Positions 30,083-41,035 are shown, numbered from the stretch's first letter. The stretch is 64,000 nucleotides of DNA from Bryobacterales bacterium (GCA_965248105.1 CBDFIK010000005.1:923714-987713), one strand, 5' to 3'. Notes: a model not told the origin generated them from the sequence alone. A program made the numbers and translations.

Positions 30083-32686
30083 GTGTTTGCCAATACCACG
30101 AACGCAACGGAGAACCGCGGATTCTGCGAGGTCGGCCGGATTCTTGGCACCCGCTTTTCCCTCAAGCTTTTGATCGTCGTCCGGCCGCTTCTTCTGCTGA
30201 CATTCGGCTATCTGGCGTATTCGAGCGGGGCCTGCGCGCAGGAGTCGGGTTCGACCGTGACCGGTCGGGCGGTTGTTCGAGGGCCGGATGGGCAAAGCTT
30301 CTCCGTCGCTGGAGCAACGATGGAACTGACTTCGGTTTCTGAAGACACCGCAGACGCTTCGCGGCCGCTTCAGGTCAAAACCAACCGGTCGGGCGTGTTT
30401 CGATTCAAGGACGTTGACGAAGGCTGTTACGTCGTCGTGGGACAAAGCACCGAACTGCGAGGCCAGAGTGAGGTGTTTTGTGTCCCCTGGCCGGATGAAC
30501 CGGATCTGATCACCGTCGAGATGCAGATCGAACAGGTCGTTGAGTCTATCCAAGTAACCGCCTCGGTCATTGGAATCGACCCGACAGAAACTTCCTCAAC
30601 GGCGTCGGTGGGTGTTTCCACTCTCCACGACGCCCCCAAAGCCAACCGCAGCTTCGAGGACGTGATGCCTCTGATTCCGGGGGTGCTGCGGGGGCCTTCC
30701 GGCGAGATCAACATGAGCGGCGCGCGTGCGTCGCAGAGCGCCATAGAGCTCAATGGGGCCGATGTCACGGACCCGGTCACTCGAACCAATCAGATCAACT
30801 TGCCCATCGAGACGGTCTCGAACGTACAGGTTCTCACCAGTCCTTACGACACGCAATACGGCGGCTTTGCCGGAGCGGTCTCGACTGTCGAGACCAAGCC
30901 TGCTAACTTGTCGAACCTTAAGATCAGTTTCCAGAATTTCACTCCGCGGATCCGCAGACGAGATGGGGCGATCATGGGGATCGAGTCGAGCACCCCGCGA
31001 TTCACGATGACAGGCCCCATCCGGAAGGGCAAGCTTGGTTTCTTTCACTCGACGGAGTACCAGTTCGTACGGGCGGACCAGGAGGACGCCAACCTGCCGC
31101 TACTTGAAAGGGACGTGGAGCGCGAGGCCCTGAGCGTCTTCACCCAGGTCGACGCCCGCCACTCGGACCGCAACGGAACGAGCGTCAACATGCTGATTTA
31201 CCCCGAGAAGCTGAACTTCTTCGGGCTCAATGCGTTTACGCCACAGCAAGCAACGACTGACTTGCGACATCGGGGGCGCTTGGCAACCCTTCGAAACAAC
31301 CACGAGTTCCGCTCCGGCGCGACGCTTCTCTCTCAGCTTTCTTATCAGAATCTCGACAGCGACGTAAAACCGCTCAACTCCGATCCAGCACGAATTGGGC
31401 TCGAACGAGCCAGTGGCGGGTTCTTCAACCGACAGAGTCGCAGTACGATTCGAAGGAAGTGGTCGGAGCTGTACCGTTTCGCCCCTTTGGATGCTATGGG
31501 ACGTCACCAACTCAAGACTGGGTTCCAGCTTGGAGCGGAGAGCTATCACGGCGATCAGATTTTCAGGTCAGTCAGGTGGCTGGGGATCGAGGATCAGCCG
31601 GTCCTACAACTGGACTTCACACCACCCGCCAGCGTGCGCGCCTCGAAGAACGACTACGCACTGTTCCTCCAAGACAAGTGGAAGGTCGCTTCGGCCCTGA
31701 CGCTCGATCTTGGCCTGAGGGTCGATCGCGACTCCATCGCCGCCAAGGCCAATCCCTCTTACCGAGCCGGCTTCGCGTATGCGATCGGAAAGGCCGCGAG
31801 GACTCTGCTGCGGGGCGGCGCGGGCCTCTTCTTAGACCGAATCAGTCTCACAGCGCCCACGTTCCTACAACTTCCCCAACGCATCGAGACGCGATACGGG
31901 CCGGACGGGCGGATCACGTCCGAACGAGGCTTTGAGAGCCGCGTCGATGGGCCTATCCGCAACGCCCGTAGTCTGAGCTGGAGCCTTCAGCTGGACCGTG
32001 AAGCGCTTCCCGATCTGTTCTTGCGCGCCGGGTATCACCAAAGGAGAACCACGCGCAACCTGTTTGTCGAACCTGAGTTGGGCGTCGACCCGCCGGCTCT
32101 GAGGAACGCCAGGAACTTCCTCACCTTGAGCAACCGCGGACGAGATAGCTACCGAGAATGGCAGTTCAGTGCGCGCTACCGGCTCAGCGAGGGCGGTCAC
32201 TTGACGGCTTCCTATGTTCGCTCCTCATCGGTCGGAGACCTAAACGATTTGGGGGCGATCTACTGGCCGACGCCCGCCGCCCTCATCTGGCCCAACGAAC
32301 GGGCCCCGCTCACGTTCGACGTGCCGAACCGCTTCCTCTTTTGGTCTGAAGTCGGCATCCCCTGGGGCCTGCGAGCCGTACCGGTTTTTGAAGTACGGAG
32401 CGGCTTCCCCTATTCCATGGTCAATCAGGACCGCGATATTGTCGGCGCCCGCCATCGCGCCGGGCGGTTCCCGGTGTACAAGACCTTGGACCTACAGGTG
32501 ACGAAGAAATTCTCGTTTCAGATGGCCAGCAAGAAAAGGCGCTTCCGGGCGGGCATACGCATCTTCAACCTTCTGAACACCTTCAATCCACAGGACGTAC
32601 AGAGCAATCTCGGCAGTCCGCATTTTGGAACCTTCTATCGAGGCGTCAAACGCAAGCTCCGGGCGGTCTTTGAACTGGGCAATTAG
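30083..32686 (+). CDS. TonB-dependent receptor with carboxypeptidase-regulatory-like domain
   Basis: IPGV plug, YGGFAGAV, FLQDKWKV..LTLDLGLR, IFNLLN; true start uncertain. Confidence 0.85.
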   Translation: MFANTTNATENRGFCEVGRILGTRFSLKLLIVVRPLLLLTFGYLAYSSGACAQESGSTVTGRAVVRGPDGQSFSVAGATMELTSVSEDTADASRPLQVKTNRSGVFRFKDVDEGCYVVVGQSTELRGQSEVFCVPWPDEPDLITVEMQIEQVVESIQVTASVIGIDPTETSSTASVGVSTLHDAPKANRSFEDVMPLIPGVLRGPSGEINMSGARASQSAIELNGADVTDPVTRTNQINLPIETVSNVQVLTSPYDTQYGGFAGAVSTVETKPANLSNLKISFQNFTPRIRRRDGAIMGIESSTPRFTMTGPIRKGKLGFFHSTEYQFVRADQEDANLPLLERDVEREALSVFTQVDARHSDRNGTSVNMLIYPEKLNFFGLNAFTPQQATTDLRHRGRLATLRNNHEFRSGATLLSQLSYQNLDSDVKPLNSDPARIGLERASGGFFNRQSRSTIRRKWSELYRFAPLDAMGRHQLKTGFQLGAESYHGDQIFRSVRWLGIEDQPVLQLDFTPPASVRASKNDYALFLQDKWKVASALTLDLGLRVDRDSIAAKANPSYRAGFAYAIGKAARTLLRGGAGLFLDRISLTAPTFLQLPQRIETRYGPDGRITSERGFESRVDGPIRNARSLSWSLQLDREALPDLFLRAGYHQRRTTRNLFVEPELGVDPPALRNARNFLTLSNRGRDSYREWQFSARYRLSEGGHLTASYVRSSSVGDLNDLGAIYWPTPAALIWPNERAPLTFDVPNRFLFWSEVGIPWGLRAVPVFEVRSGFPYSMVNQDRDIVGARHRAGRFPVYKTLDLQVTKKFSFQMASKKRRFRAGIRIFNLLNTFNPQDVQSNLGSPHFGTFYRGVKRKLRAVFELGN

Positions 32687-32865
32687 CAGAGCGACAAGAC
32701 ACGTCGGGCCAAGCCCTTGACCTAGCCCCTTCGACGGTCATTAGGCCGAGGCATTCCTCTGAGTCCCACATTCCGCCTATTCTTGGTGTGTGTCGTTTTC
32801 CTTCGGGATTTTATGAGGTAGCTACGTCGTTTCAGAAGTGTGGACCGAACAGAGTTGACGACTTC

Positions 32866-32999
32866 CTAGTAAGCTGCCCCAGACAAGACTTTCTGATCGT
32901 CCTGGCGACGTGGCGCACGCCTTCAGCGTGCTGTGTCGGGCTTTCGAGCCCGACATTTCCGAATCTTATAGTGAGCTCGTCTCCAGGACAGTCGACTAG
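32866..32999. mobile_element. MITE-like element family D
   Basis: CTAG-bounded; reverse complement of 61110-61240. Confidence 0.75.
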
Positions 33000-33162
33000 A
33001 TCGTTCGGACAGCTAGAGGCCCTGGTGCTCCTGGCCGATCGCACGGCCACATGGGATTCGGAAACCGCAGTTCGCCTCAGTACAGCGAGGTCCGTCTCGA
33101 CCGTTGCCTCACCCTGGTGCGCCGATTATGGGATGGCTTCTATTGGCAAGACCGGCGCGGGA

Positions 33163-33345
33163 TTACAACTGCGGTGGGTAGTAGCCGGTTCGATGACGAA
33201 TTTTCGTCTCGCCATCGAGATTGACCTTGACTTTGATCTCGCGGAACTTCTGATCACTGAAGGGAGCAGGAGGATTGTACGCTAGGACGTACTGGCTTCG
33301 GACATCACCCGCAACTGCTCGGATGGCTCGATACAGCGCTTCTAA
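33163..33345 (-). pseudogene. C-terminal fragment of acidobacterial VWA protein
   Basis: DVRSQYVLAYNP..FREIKVKV..RHRTGYY; compare 57027-58058. Confidence 0.7.
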
Positions 33346-33437
33346 CTGGGCGCGAGCGTATTCACCGGTACCCACGGTTCGCACGTAATTGCCGGCGTCT
33401 TGGGGTTTCGAGAGATATTAAGTGAAGAGTATTGGGG

Positions 33438-33616
33438 CTAGTGCTTGGTTGCAAAAGTTCGCGTTACTTGCAAAGTCCTTTCCCGAAGGACCATGCGATC
33501 GTCCGTCTGGCCCGGAAGTGGTTTGTTCGCAGAGTCTTCCGAGCCGCGACCGTGAGGGAGCGGTCCAGCGATTGTCGGCCTATAATCTTTCGTGAATTTA
33601 TGCAACCAAGCACTAG
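33438..33616. mobile_element. MITE-like element family C
   Basis: Terminal IR CTAGTGCTTGGTTGCA / TGCAACCAAGCACTAG. Confidence 0.8.
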
Positions 33617-33836
33617 AGGAGTCTAGCGCGCCTTGCTCGCCAGGTAGCGAGGCGAAGTGCGTAAGCCCGCATAAGCCCAATACCCGAAAGATTGATCCAT
33701 GGAGTAAAAGAATCCTCAGAACCGTGATATTGACGCGACATCACGCGGCTGCGTGATTCTGACGGAGTCAATGGTTCCAACGAGGAATCCTGTGGTGGTG
33801 GTCACACCCTCAGGTACTAGCCGGCTCGACAGCAGT

Positions 33837-35276
33837 TCAGGACTTGCGGGCGGTGTCCCATGCCGACTCCGGTGGAGCTTGCCAAGCACCCAGGGCTTCT
33901 TCGAGTTTGCGGGCCACAGCCAAGACTAGTTGGTCTTCAAACGGTCGTCCCACGAGCTGAACACCAATGGGTAAGCCTCCGGCGGAACGGCTAACCGGTA
34001 CAACGGCCGAGGGATTGCCGAACAGATTGAAGATCACGCAGGGTGTGAACGCCTGTTCGTAGGTGACCTCACGGCCGTCAATCGTCCATGATCGTTCGCC
34101 GTGCCGGAAAGCGGGAACCGATCCTACGGGGCAAAGCAGAACTTGGTGGTCCTGCATTTGTTCCAACAATGAGGCTCTCAGGGTATCGCGTGTCAGCCAC
34201 GTTTCCAGGAATTTTTCATAGGTAACAGCTTCTGCCTCTTCGACCGGAGCTGTCAGGTCTCCTACGATCGGGTGGAGCTCGTCCTCACGTCCCTTGATCA
34301 TCGGCGCCAGCAATGTCGTAGCCACCACGCCGAAAAACGTCCACCAAAGATCGCGCGCCGATTCCATACCCTTCAGCCGAAAGGGCTCGAGCCGCAGTCC
34401 TTGTTCCTCAAGCTTCTGAGCGGCGGTCCGCACAGCTTGCCGCGTCTCACTCGTAACAGGGTTGATGCCATCGTCCTCGAACCGGCCTACGGTCAGCCAG
34501 GACAGGTCCGTCTCTTGCGTAGCTTCCACACTGAGCGGAACGCTTGAAGGGTCGCTGAATTCCCGGCCCGAAGTGACAGCCAGTAAGAGCTGCAAGTCCT
34601 CCACTCGACGCGCCATGGGGCCGACCACACCCGTAAAAGCCGATGGGCCGATGCACGCCGGCCAGTGCCCCCCGCGGGGAATCAGCCCCGGTGTGGGCTT
34701 GAGACCGCAGATGCCGCAGAAATGCGCGGGGACCCGAATCGAACCACCTCCGTCACTTCCGAATCCCGCCGCCGAGCAGCCTGAAGCGATCGCGGCGCTT
34801 TCTCCACCGCTCGAGCCGCCGGCGGTCACCTCGAGGTCCCAGGGGTTGTTCGTTCGGCCATATAAAAGATTGTCGGTCTCGTAGGCCATAAGAAGGTCGG
34901 GCACGTTCGTCGTGCCCATCACGATTGCGCCGGCTTCACGCAAGCGGCCGACCAGCGTAGCGTCCTGCTCGGCGATATAGCCTTCGCGTAACTTCGTGCC
35001 ACATTCACATCGCAATCCAGCAACGTCGATCGAGCTCTTGATCGTCATCGGCACGCCGGCTAGCGGCCCGGCTTCTTCTCCCCTGGCCAGCCTTGTTTCG
35101 AGCGCAAGCGCTTCCTCGCCGGCGCGTTCCGCGTTGAGGTCGACGATGGCATTGAGGACGGGGTTGACCCGAGCGACGCGATCAAGGTGCGCTTCCAGCA
35201 GTTCGCTCGGTGATACCTTCTTCTCGCGAACGAGAGCGGCCATCTCACAGGCAGAACGGAAAATCAAATCGTGCAC
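33837..35276 (-). CDS. Amidase signature family protein
   Basis: GPLAGVPMTIK, GGSSGGES, GSDGGGSIRVPA. Confidence 0.95.
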   Translation of the reverse strand: MHDLIFRSACEMAALVREKKVSPSELLEAHLDRVARVNPVLNAIVDLNAERAGEEALALETRLARGEEAGPLAGVPMTIKSSIDVAGLRCECGTKLREGYIAEQDATLVGRLREAGAIVMGTTNVPDLLMAYETDNLLYGRTNNPWDLEVTAGGSSGGESAAIASGCSAAGFGSDGGGSIRVPAHFCGICGLKPTPGLIPRGGHWPACIGPSAFTGVVGPMARRVEDLQLLLAVTSGREFSDPSSVPLSVEATQETDLSWLTVGRFEDDGINPVTSETRQAVRTAAQKLEEQGLRLEPFRLKGMESARDLWWTFFGVVATTLLAPMIKGREDELHPIVGDLTAPVEEAEAVTYEKFLETWLTRDTLRASLLEQMQDHQVLLCPVGSVPAFRHGERSWTIDGREVTYEQAFTPCVIFNLFGNPSAVVPVSRSAGGLPIGVQLVGRPFEDQLVLAVARKLEEALGAWQAPPESAWDTARKS

Positions 35277-35717
35277 GGTCAGTTAGCGAGCGATCAGGGA
35301 CCGACGAATCTTGCATTACGCCACAGGGTCACCCCGCCTGACCCAGCGGTCGAACCAATAGCCTTGCTCGAATCGAGAAAGCCTCTCAAGCACCAACGAA
35401 GTGAAAAGTTTGCCAATGCTTATCCTCACAGAGGCTAGCATGGTTCGCCGCTAAACAGCGCCAGGAGGGGGTGGTACACAGCCCAGCTTGTCTGGGGTGG
35501 CCGGCCTCGTTAGCTTGTATGAAAACAAACCGGGAAGATCCCCTCCGGCGGAGGCGGTCGAGAGGTCGGCTTAGTGCTTACTTTGCAATGCCTTACGAGG
35601 TGAGAAGGATTCTTGAGTTCCGCTCCGTTTGATCACCGGAGACCAAGGGCGCGAGTTCGCCCTCAACAAAACATTTAATATTACGATTTTAGTACCGCAA
35701 AACTTCCACAATGGTAT

Positions 35718-35747
35718 TGACACAGGGTAGGTCGGACCCCTAAACTC
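35718..35747 (+). promoter_or_regulatory. Possible sigma70 promoter
   Basis: TTGACA-18 bp-TAAACT; GGTCGGACC dyad in the spacer. Confidence 0.4.
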
Positions 35748-35925
35748 ACTGCTGGAGTTGGTCGATCACCCGACTGCTGGATAGTTCAGCTGTCCCAATA
35801 ATTTCATCTGCTCGAGGATCTCGAAACTGCGGGCTCCGAAGGCTGTCGAACCCACTGAAGTTTAGCGGCCAACGCTGGAAGAACTCTCGTCGCTGTGGAA
35901 GTGTCATCTTACGGGGAACTATGCC

Positions 35926-36501
35926 ATGATCTCTCGAAAACTCCTTCGATTCGTTCGAGAAAACGCTAGCCGCTTGACCACGGACTTGGTACAAGCACTT
36001 CAGGAGCATCCGAGAACTTATGGCTATCGGTCGATCTCTCCCGACCGGTTGATCGAACTGAAGTCGGATCTTTATGTGAATCTAGGAAGTTGGCTGAGCG
36101 CGCGGTCCAAGTTTGCCCTTGAGTTACGATACCGGAAACTGGGCCGGCAGCGGTATCTGGACGGCATTCCTTTGAGCCATGTGATCCATGCGCTGAACCT
36201 CACCAAGACGATGTTGCTCCACTACATCCGCCGGGCGCTGCCGGGGGACTCGGGGGAACTTCCCCTCGAGCACGAGTTGGTTCTCGCGATTTCTGAGTTC
36301 TTTGACGAAGCGATCTATTTCGCGTCGGTGGGCTATGAAGATGCTTGTCGGGCCAGTCTCGCCTCGCCAGAGCAGGCCGAAATCGCAAAAAGGCTGTCTG
36401 CAGGCATTCCCCGGCTGTCGAGCGCCGTGCAATTGGAAGAGCACGGCGAAATTGACCTGCCGATTAGCCGCGCCGGCGATATCGGTGAAGCCTCCGGTTA
36501 G
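35926..36501 (+). CDS. Hypothetical helical protein (RsbRD-N/protoglobin-like)
   Basis: LG..R...GIPLSHVI.AL, FFDEAIYF..GY pattern. Confidence 0.65.
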   Translation: MISRKLLRFVRENASRLTTDLVQALQEHPRTYGYRSISPDRLIELKSDLYVNLGSWLSARSKFALELRYRKLGRQRYLDGIPLSHVIHALNLTKTMLLHYIRRALPGDSGELPLEHELVLAISEFFDEAIYFASVGYEDACRASLASPEQAEIAKRLSAGIPRLSSAVQLEEHGEIDLPISRAGDIGEASG

Positions 36502-36513
36502 CGGCGGACCCCC

Positions 36514-36777
36514 GACGCCGGGCTGAAGGCTTTTGCCACAGACCGAGAATTTGGCCCAGAGATCATCGGCGTTACAGGTGTCAAGTACCGATTCGGTGGT
36601 GACGAACACGGCATCCTGGAGTTGGAAAACGCCGGCCGGGAGATCCGTTTGGGTGACAAAGTCGAGCTCCTCGTGCCGCACTGTGACCCCAACGTCAACC
36701 TCTACGACCGTTTCTATTGCACCCGTGGTGAAAACGTGGAGGAGGTCTGGAGAATTGAGGCTCAGGGCCACGCTTGA
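36514..36777 (+). pseudogene. C-terminal fragment of DSD1/D-threonine aldolase family PLP enzyme
   Basis: Translated by hand: DAGLKAFATD..GDEHGIL..GDKVELLVPHCDPNVNLYD; no start codon. Confidence 0.8.
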
Positions 36778-37274
36778 GCTTTGCGGGCACGACCTTCTCC
36801 GGCGGCCGTGAAAAAAGATGTTCAATCCCCACGGCAACCAATCGACAGTGCCAACTAAGAGTTTTAACGAAGTGCAGTCTCGGTTACGGTCGCGATTTTA
36901 GAACAATTGCGGCCTCATCGTCTGAGGAGCAACAGCTCGGTGAACAATAAAGGTGCAACGAAGCTAAAGGGACCGCTGGGTCCGTGGACGCTGCTGATTG
37001 CCGGTATGCTTTGGTCACCTTGTGTCCACGCACACCACGAGGCAATCTTTGGCCCTCAATCGTCCGTCTTAATCTCAGAGAAGCGGTTTGTCTCGACACA
37101 GTACTACCTAACGAACGAGGGGCGACGCCCCATGCCCCAGGCTCATAGCCACATCGGCGTTGTGACCGTCGGAACCTCTCTTGGCAGGCGATGGTCTGTG
37201 GCTGCCACTTTGCCGCTGGAGGTGGAACGGAGTCCAAAGGAAGAAAATGCCAGCGGCCTCCAAGACCTTGTAAT

Positions 37275-38935
37275 CCCGCATTTCCAATTTGATTCAGACC
37301 TCTCGACCTTCCGGCGGCCTTGAGCGTCTTTATTCATAGGGGCTAGAGCCCGATGAGGACGCCAGGGAGGCCAACACCCAATGGGTGAAAAACAAACCAA
37401 GCCATTCCAGCTAAGTTTCAACGGCTCGTTGAAAGTCGATTTCCAGGGATCGCACGTCACTTCCGACGGTGGCCTGATTTTGGTTCGCGAACTGGACGAA
37501 CGGCTCGGTCTCGGAGAACTGATTGACGAGCATCTCAGCGACTCCCGGCAAGGCACAAACAAGCAGTTCACGCTCGCTGATCTGTTGCGGCAGTCGATCT
37601 ACAGCCGCTTGGCGGGCTACGAGGACCTCAACGACGCCGTCCGAGTGTCGGCTGACCCGACGTTTCGCTTGATCGGCTCGCAGAAGATCTGGGATCGCGG
37701 TGCGGCCTTGACCTCGACGCTGCACGGCTTCGAGACGGAGATGCTGGCGAGCGAAGAGAATCTGCTCGGGCTGATGACGCTGAACCGAGAGCTGGTCGGG
37801 CAAGCGGAGGCGTTCGACGACTCCGCGCGGGTCGTTCTGGACATGGACTCCACCGAGAGTCCGGTCCATGGCCAACAGGAAGGCAGTGCCTACAACGGAC
37901 ACTTCGAGTCGGTCTGCTACCACCCGTTGCTTTTGTTCAACCAGCACGGTGATTGCCTCGCTGCCAAGCTGCGTCCCGGCAACGTGCACAGCGCCGAGGA
38001 CTGGGATGAGCTATTGTTGCCGGAGATTGAGCGCCAACAGGCTGCGGGCAAGCAGGTCGCCTTCCGGGCCGACGCGGCCTTTGCCAAACCGGAAGTTTAT
38101 GAGGCTTCGGAGGAACGCGGCGTGCAGTACGCCATCCGCATTCCGGCCAACAGAAGCTTGGAGTTAGAGATCGAAGACATCCTGTTTCGTCCGCCGGGGA
38201 GGCCCGGCCGCAAGCCGCTAGTGCGCTACAAGAGCTTTCGCTATCAGGCGGAGAGCTGGAAGAAGCCGAGACGAGTTGTCGCCAAGGTCGAGCACCACCA
38301 GGGCGAGCTGTTCGCGCGCGTCGGTTTTATCGTGACGAACATGAGCTTGCCAAGCCGGTCGGTGGTGCGTTTCTACAACCAGCGCGGCACGGCGGAGCAG
38401 TGGATCAAAGAAGGTAAGCAAGCGACGCACTGGACGCGGCTGTCGTGCCATCGCTTCCGGGCGAACGAGGTGCGCTTGCAGTTAAGCGTGCTGGCCTACA
38501 ACCTGGGCAATCTCTGGCGGCGGCTCGGGCTGCCGCAGCGAATCAAGAACTGGTCGCTGACGAGCTTGCAGCACCGGCTGATGAAGACGGGCGGACGGCT
38601 AATTAAACACGCGCGGTATTACTGGCTCTTGTTCGCGGAGGGACATCTGGACCGGCGGCTGTTTGGCGACATGCTGCGGAGGATCTGGGCGCTGCCTGTG
38701 CCGGGCGGGTAGCACCGCACTTGGCGAATGCGAAATCTGTGTACTGAGGACGGAAGCTCGGAGGGGTGTCTGCGAAATTGACTTCGCAGCGGCGGATCAG
38801 CCCCCATGAGGGGCAAGAAGGGGGCTCGATCGGTCCCGCCTCAGCCGCCGCCTCTTTCGGGTGGAGAAATGGTTGCGCTTCGCCGGGTGAGGGTGTAGAC
38901 TCGTGCCGTCAGAGGAGCCAAATCGGAAATCCTGG
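37275..38935 (+). mobile_element. IS1380-family insertion sequence
   Basis: Imperfect IR CCCGCATTTCCAATTTG / CAAATCGGAAATCCTGG; 5-bp target duplication GTAAT at 37270-37274 and 38936-38940. Confidence 0.92.
37381..38712 (+). CDS. IS1380-family DDE transposase
   Basis: TSDGGL, GYEDLND, LDMDST, YHPL, LRPGN, RADAAF, YNQRGTAEQWIKE. Confidence 0.95.
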   Translation: MGEKQTKPFQLSFNGSLKVDFQGSHVTSDGGLILVRELDERLGLGELIDEHLSDSRQGTNKQFTLADLLRQSIYSRLAGYEDLNDAVRVSADPTFRLIGSQKIWDRGAALTSTLHGFETEMLASEENLLGLMTLNRELVGQAEAFDDSARVVLDMDSTESPVHGQQEGSAYNGHFESVCYHPLLLFNQHGDCLAAKLRPGNVHSAEDWDELLLPEIERQQAAGKQVAFRADAAFAKPEVYEASEERGVQYAIRIPANRSLELEIEDILFRPPGRPGRKPLVRYKSFRYQAESWKKPRRVVAKVEHHQGELFARVGFIVTNMSLPSRSVVRFYNQRGTAEQWIKEGKQATHWTRLSCHRFRANEVRLQLSVLAYNLGNLWRRLGLPQRIKNWSLTSLQHRLMKTGGRLIKHARYYWLLFAEGHLDRRLFGDMLRRIWALPVPGG

Positions 38936-39643
38936 GTAATAGGATTCCGCTACTTCCCGGAGCTGGGACCAGGCAAGTGGACGGCAGCTGTTCTGACTGT
39001 GGAGCCTCCGACAGGGAACCTGGAACACCGAGCCGTTGGGTTGGGGGGCGGGCTCATATACGGAATTGAAAAGGGGCACTGGTCGACGATTGTCTACGGC
39101 CTGGGACGAACCGAAACTTCTCTTGAGGCGGGTGAGAAGCGTGGCAACCGGCTGTTTCTCGGCGGGGGTTTGGCATACGAGGCTGAGGCGTTGCCGTTTA
39201 GTCCTCAACTCGGTCTATCCTGGGAGCGCACCGGAAGGCGCCGCGAAGGGGGGTTGCGTGTGCCAGGCTCCCATAGTTCGGCCTTAATGATTCACCCCAC
39301 ACTCACCAAGAGCTTGCACCATTCAGTCCAGCTATTCTTTGTTATCTCCTTGCCCGTTGCGCAGTGGAGCGGGAATGAGGGTTGGCAAAGGTTCAGAGCA
39401 GCGACGGGGATGGTATGGGGCTTTTGACACTAGATATGTGACCTCCACTTCCTCCGTGGCCTGATTTGTCATGGCGGAATGCGATGTTGGGCTAGTTCAC
39501 AGTTTGGTGTCTCTTCCGGGGATGGTGGAAACCCCTCGCCTTCAGGCGAAGAGAAGGTCGTGGTAATGTGGTCGCGTGCGGAAGTACCTTTTACAGCGGC
39601 CCGCTTTCTGGCCGCCTGGTAGGTGGAGCCGGTAGAATGAAAA

Positions 39644-40528
39644 GTGTCGTTGCCCATCCTTCGCGAGATCCGAGTAGCTCTCCGCCATCTTAATCCCAGC
39701 GAGGTCGAGGCGCTGGTGGATCGTCCGCTTACCGTCGGCGTCTTGGCGCTCGACGAGGCGTTTTTCGCACGAGTCGTATCCTTCCTGATCCCTGACTGGA
39801 TTTCTGAAGCGAAAGCTCACCAAGCGGGTAGGTCGGTTCTGCGTCTTGCGTCGGAGGAAGACTTCGACCGTTGTGATCTCGGGCTATGTGAGCCGGGGTT
39901 GCCGCACCCTTCGCACTTCTATCCATTCGAACCGAATGATCCCTTGGCGGCGGTCGAGTCGATTCTGGACGACCATAAGGATTTGTGGGTTCCCCTGGCC
40001 GGCCGACTGCCGGCGTTCCGCGATCCGGTGGTGGAAAGAATCATTTGGAAGATCAGTAAAGAGAACGCCCTGTTCACGGTCGCGACGGCTATACCCAACG
40101 TAGTGCCGAGCTGGATAAGCGTGCCGTGGGCGGTCGGGGAATTTGCCTCCGACACCGCGTTCCTCACGATGAACCAGGTGCGCATGGCCTTTCTCATCGC
40201 CGCGGCCAGCGACCACGACATCGGCTACCGGAGGCAGCGCAGTCAGATCGCCTCGATCATCGCCGCGGCTTTTGGCTGGCGAAGTCTTGCGCGCGAACTG
40301 GTTTCGAAGATCCCGGCCGGGGGCGGACTGGTTGCCAAGGGGTTGATTTCGCTGGCCGGCACCTTTGTGGTAGGCAAGGGGCTGGACTCGTTTATGCGGC
40401 TCGGCCGCGGCCTTACGCGCGAGGAGAAGCAGCGCATGTACGACCAAGCTATCGAGCGCGGCCGCGCGGTGGTAGAACGGATGGCGCAGGGCGTGACTCG
40501 AAAGGTGTCCGCCGTTCGCAGTGTCTGA
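39644..40528 (+). CDS. Conserved hypothetical protein (DUF697-like C-terminus)
   Basis: 294-aa clean ORF; LT.NQVRM.F.IAAA, FGWRSLAREL..KIP. Confidence 0.7.
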   Translation: MSLPILREIRVALRHLNPSEVEALVDRPLTVGVLALDEAFFARVVSFLIPDWISEAKAHQAGRSVLRLASEEDFDRCDLGLCEPGLPHPSHFYPFEPNDPLAAVESILDDHKDLWVPLAGRLPAFRDPVVERIIWKISKENALFTVATAIPNVVPSWISVPWAVGEFASDTAFLTMNQVRMAFLIAAASDHDIGYRRQRSQIASIIAAAFGWRSLARELVSKIPAGGGLVAKGLISLAGTFVVGKGLDSFMRLGRGLTREEKQRMYDQAIERGRAVVERMAQGVTRKVSAVRSV

Positions 40529-40532
40529 CTAA

Positions 40533-40676
40533 GTAGTCCGTTTCATAAGTTCGGGTACGTATATTTAGAAGCCAGGTGGACGATGGCGAACTTCGGGCAC
40601 GGCGTGCCGTGTCCCTACGTTTCCAGGCACCCAACAGATCTGTAGGGGCACAGCATGCTGTGCCCGCCTGCACTCC
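40533..40676. repeat. Repeat family E with GTAGGGGCAC REP doublet
   Basis: Near-identical copies at 56519-56700 and 61642-61781. Confidence 0.85.
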
Positions 40677-40714
40677 GCTGGTTTACCCCTCCCTTCCCAA
40701 TCCGGACCGCAAAG

Positions 40715-41035
40715 TTATCCGCCCGGGGGCGAGTATTGGACCGCTTTTTCGAGTGCCTGGTCCGTCTCTTCAATCGTCAGCAAGGGCGTTGTTGTCACCC
40801 GAACCAGACCCGAAGCAGAGGCTGCGAGGGAAACCGCGGCCACGCTAACGTTGTCGGGCGCGTCCACCAGCATGATGGCATCGTGATCCCCAAAGGAAAA
40901 GTACATTGCTTCCAGTGAGCCGCCAACGCTGGCCATAGCCGCGCTGACCGCGGCTTTTCGGCCCGAGGCTTTGTCTTTCATCAGGCCTTTTAGACCCTCG
41001 CCCGTATAGGATGCCTGAACAAGGTATTTCGGCAT
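40715..41035 (-). CDS. GYD domain-containing protein
   Basis: MPKYLVQASYT.EG, GGSLEAMYFSFGDHD; AGGAGG RBS. Confidence 0.88.
   Translation of the reverse strand: MPKYLVQASYTGEGLKGLMKDKASGRKAAVSAAMASVGGSLEAMYFSFGDHDAIMLVDAPDNVSVAAVSLAASASGLVRVTTTPLLTIEETDQALEKAVQYSPPGG

Larger units (their letters stand above)
36940..39427 (+). pseudogene. Secreted/outer-membrane beta-barrel-like protein interrupted by IS1380
   Basis: Removing 37275-38940 restores the frame GLQDLV-IGFRYFP; signal peptide then HHEAIFG; C-terminal aromatic VWGF. Confidence 0.8.

Noticed and set aside
35317-35442. 41-codon minus-strand ORF upstream of the amidase
   Set aside because: No RBS or recognisable motif; length expected by chance
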